Source: Dimorphilus gyrociliatus
Taxonomy: Eukaryota; Animalia; Annelida
Length of the DNA stretch: 64,000 nt
Assembly: GCA_904063045.1 (NCBI GenBank)
Contig: CAJFCJ010000003.1
Location: 2,590,504 to 2,654,503 of the forward strand
Direction: 5' to 3'
Positions 55,796 through 64,000 of the stretch are shown piece by piece; the stretch's first letter is position 1; each line of letters begins with the position of its first letter. Both the position numbers and the translations under genes were made by a program. The notes beneath the pieces were generated by a model that saw only the letters and a list, made by a program, of their open reading frames with translations, was not told the DNA's origin and did not search any database.

Positions 55796-57133
55796 TTTCC
55801 AATAAATTTTCAAATAGATTCTTATCCTAAAATTGTTGATGTTTTTCAATCATCAAATATTCAATTTATTAATCAATAATAACGATATTCTTATTTTAGT
55901 GATAAATACCTTACTATATCTATTTAGTAATTCCTTTTCTGTTCAAAACAAATGACTATTTTCTTATTTATTTCCACAAATTCATACAGTGATTTACTAT
56001 TAAACTAAAAAATGACCTTAAACATTTCGTTTATCTAAAATTATATTGAAGCTGTTATCTAATCTTTTTCAGTTTTATATTACCTCCTTCAAATGGCGAT
56101 TGAATCAATATTTAGCTCAGTTTCATTGAAATGTTAACTAAGCTATTTCATTGAAATATCAACTTAATTATTTCATTTAGTATACTAGAATAAATACAAA
56201 GTCGATTTTTTCAAAAAAAAAAGAGATAAACAAAAGATGGCAGCACCGAAGCATAACAAACAAAAATGGGTAAATGTTAATTCTTACAAAGAATTTAAAC
56301 GTGTAGATAAAAATTTCTCTTTTCAAAAGATTGGATAGCATAGATAAAGATAAAGTATAAGAATAGCTATTCATGTAAATTAGTTTTGAAATATTAAAGA
56401 AACCATACATTTCGGCAATCTCAAGTTCAGAGAAATGATTAACTGCGAATAATGTTTCTCCTAAAAATAATTTATATTTTCCTGTCTTTTTATCATATTT
56501 GATTTCCATAACAGAAGAAATTGAAAGAATAAATATCGAAAGTACAAAAAACTATAATATATTGATTAATTATCACGTTTTAAGCCATTTAAGCATTGAA
56601 TCTACTTAGTTATACATTAAGAAAAGAGCGTAATAGGTAGATGAAATATAGAATTTCAATATACATTTATATTTGTATTTACAATAATTATACTCAAGAC
56701 AGATTTTGAAGTATAGTTAATTCGTTAAAATCTAATTTAAATTGTATAATAGCTATTTTTAATATTACTAAAGGTTATTTATGAAGTATAGAAATGAATG
56801 AAATGTCTTTCATGTTCATTAAAAATTTTTGGCGAATGTCCTTAGAAATGTATAATTGCTTTCAATATATTAACAATAACTCATTTTTCTATTAAATTCA
56901 AAACTAAGCGTTTTCTTAATGAAAGCATGTAATCAAGTACAAATTATCTTGAATATTATTTTCTATATCTTTTTTTATCTATCTCCCTCTCCTCTCCTCT
57001 TTTCGGTTAGAGAAAAACATTTAGCACTTAATGATTGTACCTTAATTGCATAATTTATTTATTGGTAAGAAACACATATATTAATATATATATATATTCG
57101 TAAAAATGTATAGATAGAAAGAGAAGTGTTCAA

Positions 57134-59507
57134 TTATTCTTTGAATAATGAGGTTAAGTCAACAATAATTTTTCTACGCTTGTCAGTGTTAATATATTGT
57201 AAAAATCTTTCTTCGTCTTTCTTCTTCTTTTCAGTTTTAAATTTGGTAAATTCATTTAGAAACGAATTCTTTATTCGATATTCTTTCAATTTTTCTCCTT
57301 CGTAATATTGTTGAGTTTTTTCCAAACGGCTTTTTATTTGTAGTGGATTTAAATTACTAGATTCTCTTACTATATTATTCCAACTATTTAAACTTTTCAT
57401 TCCGTAAATAGTATCTTCGTCCAGAAGATTTCTTTTCTTAGGTAAGTTTTGTAAGGATGGTAAAATGGGCACTTTCCAATTTCTAATAGGTATTATTGAA
57501 CTCTTATTGATTTGTTTTGGTATTTTTATGCTCCTCCTAACTTTACGAGGTTGATGTATTGGTGGTTTAGTAGCTACAGCCATCAGTCTTTGCTTGCCTT
57601 CCGAATAATTTAACATAGTCATAAAATATTCGCACTTTCCATTGTCAAGACGGATCAAGCACTGTCCATATATTTACCAGTCGCTGTTTTCAAGGGCGTA
57701 CCTATAACGGGGGTATGAAAGTAATATGATAATATTAACATTTCAATACTAAAGCTAGTCTATTCAATTGCAATAAATAAATTAAAGTAAAGTTGAAGTA
57801 TACCTTCAACTGAAGAAGATAAATTGTTTCTAACTATAATACTGTAAATAGTTTTTATCTTCTATTCAATTTATTTTTTCAAATAATCTAAATATTTTAG
57901 CAATTTTACATAAAAAACTCTTGAAACGCTTTCGTCGACAAGAAACATTAATAAACAAAGCTTTTCGTATAAGTTTTTATCAATTTATATTTATAATAGA
58001 TGTAAAGGAAAGTTGTTTTAGATATTTTCCCACGTTCCCTATTTAAGTCTTTCATTATTGTAATTATAAACATTCTCACTTAACTTTTTAATATGTTATA
58101 TAAAACAGAGAAGAAAAGAGGAAATATCTATTGTGTAGGATGCTAATTTATGAATTAATTAGGCTTATAATTTAAGTTATTCATAAGCAGTTTATTGTCA
58201 TTAGTGTGTTTTTTGTTTGTTTTAAAAAGTGGACTTGAACCATTGTATATATAGGAAGGTTTAGGAGGTTTTATGCTGTGTGTACAGTATAAATAAATAT
58301 ATATATATATATACAATATATCAATAGTTATATATATATATATGTATAATATATCTATCAAATATATGTAAATACATATATATTTGTTTTTATTGAAGAA
58401 AAGAAAATAAAAGTGTTCAAGAAGAAAACCCCAAATTGGGATATCCACTCCGCTATTTGTATATGACGGCTCACCATTCGATATTCTTTTGTATTTTATA
58501 GATTTTCTCCTTTTTCTTTTACAGCCATATCCGATAGCACATACATAATCGGTTTCAGATACTGTCCCTTTTTTAAGTCTATTTGAGTGGAAGGAATATT
58601 TTTACCTTTTTAACGCTGGCTTCACTCTTTATTTCTGATTGATCAGAATTTGTTAGGCTTGACAAACTCTTCTTTCTACAATTAAGAGCAAGGTAGTCAG
58701 GATTTGGCTGAAAGTGTTTTGTTTGTCTGAATTGATTCGATATTTCTAACTCGGTTTTTTTAGTTCTCCTCCAATCTGGTAAATCTTCGTAGAAAGTTTT
58801 AATAATTGAAGGACCATCTCTTAAATTTGCTCTTGTATTCATTGGCAACCAGAGCGATCTTTCCATATAATCTCTCCTTTTTTGCGCGAGAAATGTTGGC
58901 GGTGCGGTCTTTTTAAGAACCTAGAGTAGAAGATAGGAAAAAAAATGACGACAATAAAGAAACTATCTGATATATTAATTTGATTGTTTATCAATTATAG
59001 AGCAAATACAGAATAGAATTAAAATATCTTGGCCACTTGAAAGGTTGACTGATTTTCATAATTAAGAGAAGTTCAAGTGCCTACCTTTTCAATTGTTGTC
59101 TTTTTTCGAGTAGCTAGAGAGGAGGCCTTTTCTGGCAATTGAAGAATAGGGGGGCGATATAAACTTGATTGACATACATCGTAATGGGAGCAGGACGAAT
59201 TTAGAGAACTAAGAATTTCTCTCATGCTAATCCGATCTGGATCTTCTTCTTCTGTACTAAATTTTGGTACACGAACTAAAAGTTTTCCTTTAATTCTTAT
59301 TTCTTTTCTTTTGACAATCGAGCTAGAAAATTTCATTTCTGCTTCACCAGGAGTGAATTTTATGGGATTTGGTCGCCGAGGTCTCGAAATTCTAGGAGTC
59401 CATGCGTTAGGTAGTAATACAGACATATCTGAAGCCTGTTGATTGTCAGTAGCGACGTCGATCAATTGACGCTTCATTGGCTGTAGACTGAACGCTTTTT
59501 GCGCCAT
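57134..59507 (-). CDS. Uncharacterised basic protein(s), either one gene or two tandem genes
   Basis: Exon 59507-59085 joins 58920-~58606 in phase 0. An exon ending ISNG|GTGAG (~58470) joins a short exon at ~57701-57678 and the terminal exon to 57134 in phase 1. The link across ~58600-58530 is unresolved. Confidence 0.55.
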
Positions 59508-60679
59508 ATTAAGTCTCAAACGCAGCAACAAATTTCTTTTTTATCCGCTGTGTACAGTATTATATTTATATTCATATATAACTTAAATATTATATAAATA
59601 AATAGATTAGTTATGTCTATACACAAAATCGTGGCATATTCTATGTATTTTAACCGTTCAGAATAGAAGTTATTTACTGAACAGGTTTCTTCCTTCAAAA
59701 GCGAGTTTATTCAAGTTAAGAAGTTGTAATATGCTTTGTTTACTTATTTACTTAGAAAAGTTTTATTATTGAATTTCAAAGAAGCTTTTGAATATTACAA
59801 ATTTAACGGTAGAAACTAATATGTACAGTGTATAGTATATTAATATACTATTCTCTATATAATAGTAATAATAATAATAATTCCACATCAATTTTTCCGG
59901 TAAATATAGTTTATTTAAGCAAATTTCATTGTAATTGTTTTAAGTAAGAAATTTTCGACCTTGCTCTTTTCTTTTCTTCTTAAAACTCAACTTCCTTTAT
60001 TCCTTGGAACATTTTACTTTAATTTTATCATTTTAATTCCAATTTTAATTAATAATATAGATTTTTCTTTTATTCTTATATAAAGTATATATCTTTAGAT
60101 TTATCTTTCAAAATTTCAATAAAATATACTAGTTTATAGATTTAGAAGTTCTTTGACATTAAATCTATGTAAGGGAGAAAAAAAAAGAAATTAAGGCATA
60201 TAAAGGGTATTGGAAGAAAGGTATGAATAAATTAATGAAAACACGAAATATTTATGACGTAAATAGCTCCTCAATCTTCTTGATTATTCCTTAAAACGAA
60301 TATAATTAAGATTACAAAGCATTATCGTCATATATGCTACTAAATATATATTTAGATAACGAGGACTTAGCTACTATTAATTATATTAATATTATACTAT
60401 ACATACTATATGTACCATTATACAGAAATACATAACGCTTACGGTACACTATAAATAGGATATACAATAATTTTTCCAGGGTTGTTGATAACAATATAAA
60501 ACACTTAGAAGTTACCTTGTCAATATCCATAGACTAAGTGAAAATTAGAAGAATAAAGACAACGAAAAAAAAACGGAATATTCTATTAAAGAAAATTGAT
60601 TTTATTCCATAGACAAAAAACGATTTGTAATTGATTTTCTTTTTAAACTTCCCAAAACCAGGAAATTCGTGTTTTATTA

Positions 60680-62755
60680 TTAATAATAGTTTATTTCAAA
60701 TGTTGATATACTTCTTTTCTTCAAAAAATTATCTGTAGATTTTGATCTATATAGAGTTGGGGATAGTATATCTTCGGCCTCCTCTTGAAGATCTAACGGA
60801 GTGATTAAATAGTAGATACACTTTTTAATTGGTAACATAAATTAGGATGAATATAAATTCGAAACTAAATGATACAGAAGTTTTCTTTTCATCATTTCAA
60901 CTGCTTATATTCAAAGTATATATAAAATATGTTTTACATAGATGTAAAATAAACCGCTACTTAGATGTAGGTTTCTAAGAAGAGTATGTTTCAAGTATAA
61001 GATATTTATAAATGATTAAGAAAAGAAGAGTTGTTAAAAATGGTAATATAGTATAGGAATATATATTAATATATTTATACGATAATACTAGCCGTCAATT
61101 ATAACATGAAACCTATTTAAAACGGAAAAAGCTTACTCTTTTCCTAAAGTTCTTTCTTTATAATCCGTTTTACCAAGAATCTTTTCAGATTTTTTATTAA
61201 ATTTTATCCCTAAAATAAATATTTCTTTTCCTCAGTTTTCTCCTATTTTTGCTTTACACTTTCCCTTAAAATAGATATTATACATAGTATATATCTATAT
61301 CTATACTGATGATCACATTTGTACACACTGTTTAAAGGGGAGGGGATTTCCTTATGACTTAAAATCAGTAAAACGCTTACAAGTAGGCCAAATACGGTAA
61401 ATAAAAGATATTGCAAATCTATACAAATTCTGTTTAACACAGCAAGTTCAGTAGTTGATTTATTATCTTTATGACCAATATAATTTAAAACATAAGGAAC
61501 AGAGAAAGAGTGAGAGGCGGAGAGAAGAGAGATACAATAATTAGCATATAAATTAAATTATTTATCTAATATACACGTTTATTTGCATGGCAGGGACAAG
61601 AATGTGATTTTTCCTTTTTTTTAGGTATATACTCATTCTGTTTTGATTTTGAGAATCTGGATAATTACGTATTTAGCTATTTTACACCCATTTCCAAACT
61701 GTAAAGTTGCTCTTCTAGTTCCTTAACTCTTTGCAAATTCTGAAGATAACATTGAATTTTGTTCTTTTAAATGTTTAAGAGAATTTTTCTAATGATATTT
61801 AAATAAATTATTTTTAATATACAAAAATCTATTCTATTATATGTTGTGTCTTTGTTATTACCGATTTATAGAACATGCACTGTACTTTATCCTCATCTTC
61901 TCCCATTAAGCAATCCTTCTTATTATTGCATAATTCTGAGTATTTTATGCAAAATTTTTGGCCAAATTGGGTTTTGTATACACATTCTACCTCCTCGCAG
62001 CTTACTGTACAAAAATTGCATGACAGTTTTTATAAAAATATTTCAATGTAAAAGGAGAATTTTTAAAAGAAAGATAAGAGAAATAAGATTAATTACTTTA
62101 TCAAAAAAAAGAGGAATCTCTTAAATCATCCTTTGTTGTCTTTTTTTAGAACATAGATCTTCAACTCGCTTTTTATAATCTTTGAGACAATTTTACTTTC
62201 TAATTGACAAAATAATAAAGTCTTTTCATATCATTTTATCTTAAGAACGCTCCTGCTTATCTCTTTGTTTTTCTTTTTTAAAACTTTCAGTTTTTATATT
62301 GTTTTACTTGTCCTTAAAAACGATAAAGACTTTAATAGAATGTTTAAATATTAGTTAAAAGCATCATCATTTTAACTCTTTATAAATTAATAATAAAGCA
62401 TCACTTTATATGATTATTTTAGCTTTCTAAGTTAAATATCTATTTTCTTAAATCTAATATAAAATAGCTATAAGGAATATATGCTAAATTTAAAAAAGGA
62501 TAAAATAAGAAGGAGAAGCGATAAGATGATTTAAGAGAAATATTTAAAACAAAAAAAAAAGAAGAGAAAAGTTAAAATAAGATAAAAAGAATATTTGTTA
62601 CCTCCATTATGTCTCTGAATTTCTTTATAATGACCATTAAATATTTGCTTATTTTGTTTTCGTGGGCTAGTCAGAAAACTAAGAGGAGTTTTTCTCTTTG
62701 AGATAGCAATTGCAAATAGTTGTAAAGTTACTAAAGTTAAACCAGTTATGTTCAT
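60680..62755 (-). CDS. Small secreted protein: signal peptide, LDL-receptor class A module and coiled coil (~153 aa, 4 exons)
   Basis: Exons 62755-62602, 62004-61862, 61739-61688 and 60792-60680 join in phase. The six-Cys module CEEVECVYKTQFGQKFCIKYSELCNNKKDCLMGEDEDKVQC carries the LDLa DCxxGxDE motif. Confidence 0.75.
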
Positions 62756-63422
62756 GCTTATGTCAACGCGACGGAAATGCTCTTACTGTCTAGCTACTTG
62801 ATTTTATACACTTATGTGGGCGTATTTACAAGGCCTAACAGAGACAGACATTCATGCTTATTAAAAGGAGAGATATAGAAATATTTTTTTTTTTAACTTT
62901 TATTCTGCTTTTACGCGAAAAGTTAAAAAATTAAAACTAAATATTTTTCAATTAATCTAAATTTTATATTAAACATTTGTCTATATGTATAGGATTAGGG
63001 TTAAGGTTAGGTTTATATACAGCATATATAATCTTATAAATGTATGAAAAATTACTTAAAATTTCAAGGAAATTCTATAAAAATATATATAATAGATTTG
63101 TAAATTATTAGTTAAACATTTTAAATGTATGATGTACAAATGGACGGTTTTTCCTCTTTATTTTTTTACTTTTTTCTATATAAATAAGCATTATATCATA
63201 GAAAGCGTGAAGAAAATTTCTATTAATTTGCCTAAACAAATTAGTATTGTCAGTTTAGTTTTGAATCGTGCTAATATACAATACTTTTGGAAGAAATAAT
63301 TAAAACTATACTCCCATATTTTCGTTAACAAAAGAGAAAAAAATTATCATTTTCTCTTATAATAACAATAATAGTAATAATACAAAGAAACTGTCACAAA
63401 ACACTATGTTACAAACGTATAC

Positions 63423-63430
63423 TATATACA

Positions 63431-63474
<44 letters not shown>

Positions 63475-63480
63475 TATATA
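63423..63480. repeat. (AT)n microsatellite bracketed by TATACAGTATA motifs
   Basis: About 20 AT units, with TATATACAGTATATA at both ends. Confidence 0.9.
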
Positions 63481-63976
63481 CACACTTAGTTGATGATAGT
63501 ACTAAAGAGTACTTCATATTTTTTTATTAAAAGGTAATTTAACAGGTCATCTGTAAAACAATAAGGATTGGAAGTAGTTTCAAATTCCGTAATATCAAAT
63601 AGTATGAAAACTATATAATAAAAAAGTTATTTATTATATTATTACTATATGAAAGATGTATATTTACAATGTCTATTTTTATCAAAATCATTTTTTATAT
63701 ATTAGTATATTCGTATAAAAAGCATTTAATTGTACTTATATAAGTTGCTTTTGTTTCTACCGGAAACCCCCTCTCTCTTTGAATAAAGAAATCGTATATA
63801 TCTATTTTGAAAAAGAAATTAAGAAAATCAAAGTTTAATAAACTTAATGAATGAATAACGTAAAGAAAAGGTTTTCTTCTATTTTCGTCAATTTTTCATT
63901 CACCTTTCACTATAATGTGATATTTTGGGTTATTTTTATAATTAATTAAGGCAGTGGGATATATTTTTATCGTTTT

Positions 63977-64000
63977 TCTCTCTCTCTCTCTCTCTCTCTC
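63977..64000. repeat. (CT)n microsatellite running off the window end
   Basis: 12 TC units to position 64000. Confidence 0.9.

Noticed and set aside
60680-62755. LDLa plus coiled-coil protein as an annelid haemoglobin linker chain
   Set aside because: Linkers have the coiled coil before the LDLa module and a C-terminal beta-barrel. Here the order is reversed and no barrel is present.

Overview
AT-rich eukaryotic (metazoan) DNA with no prokaryotic features. I found no CRISPR array, rRNA, tRNA or recognisable transposon. The left half (1-31 kb) is extremely compact, with about 13 genes, introns mostly 50-90 nt, short head-to-head promoters and very tight tail-to-tail ends. In order these are an orphan Ser-rich nuclear protein, MRPL51, DNAJA3/Tid1, an orphan, a cystinosin, DTD1, NDUFS5, SNRPE, CHAF1B, DPY19L3, VPS39, CEP43/FGFR1OP and an AAAP-family amino-acid transporter. 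The right half is dominated by one gene of about 18 kb on the minus strand with kb-scale introns. It splices an hnRNP C/RALY-type RRM to BCL11A-type CCHC and C2H2 zinc fingers. It is followed by two or three orphan genes, a GT31 beta-1,3-glycosyltransferase and a small secreted LDLa-domain protein that the ORF track mostly misses. All exon structures were assembled by hand from GT/AG sites, reading frame and phase, so they need RNA-seq confirmation. The architecture fits a miniaturised invertebrate genome; the annelid Dimorphilus gyrociliatus is a guess, not a determination. The most interesting points are the RRM-BCL11A-finger fusion gene with its microexons and repeated intronic cis-element family, an EF-hand pair inserted in CEP43, a cystinosin with Asn at the Asp346-equivalent position and no lysosomal tail motif, and the prohormone-4-like LDLa precursor.
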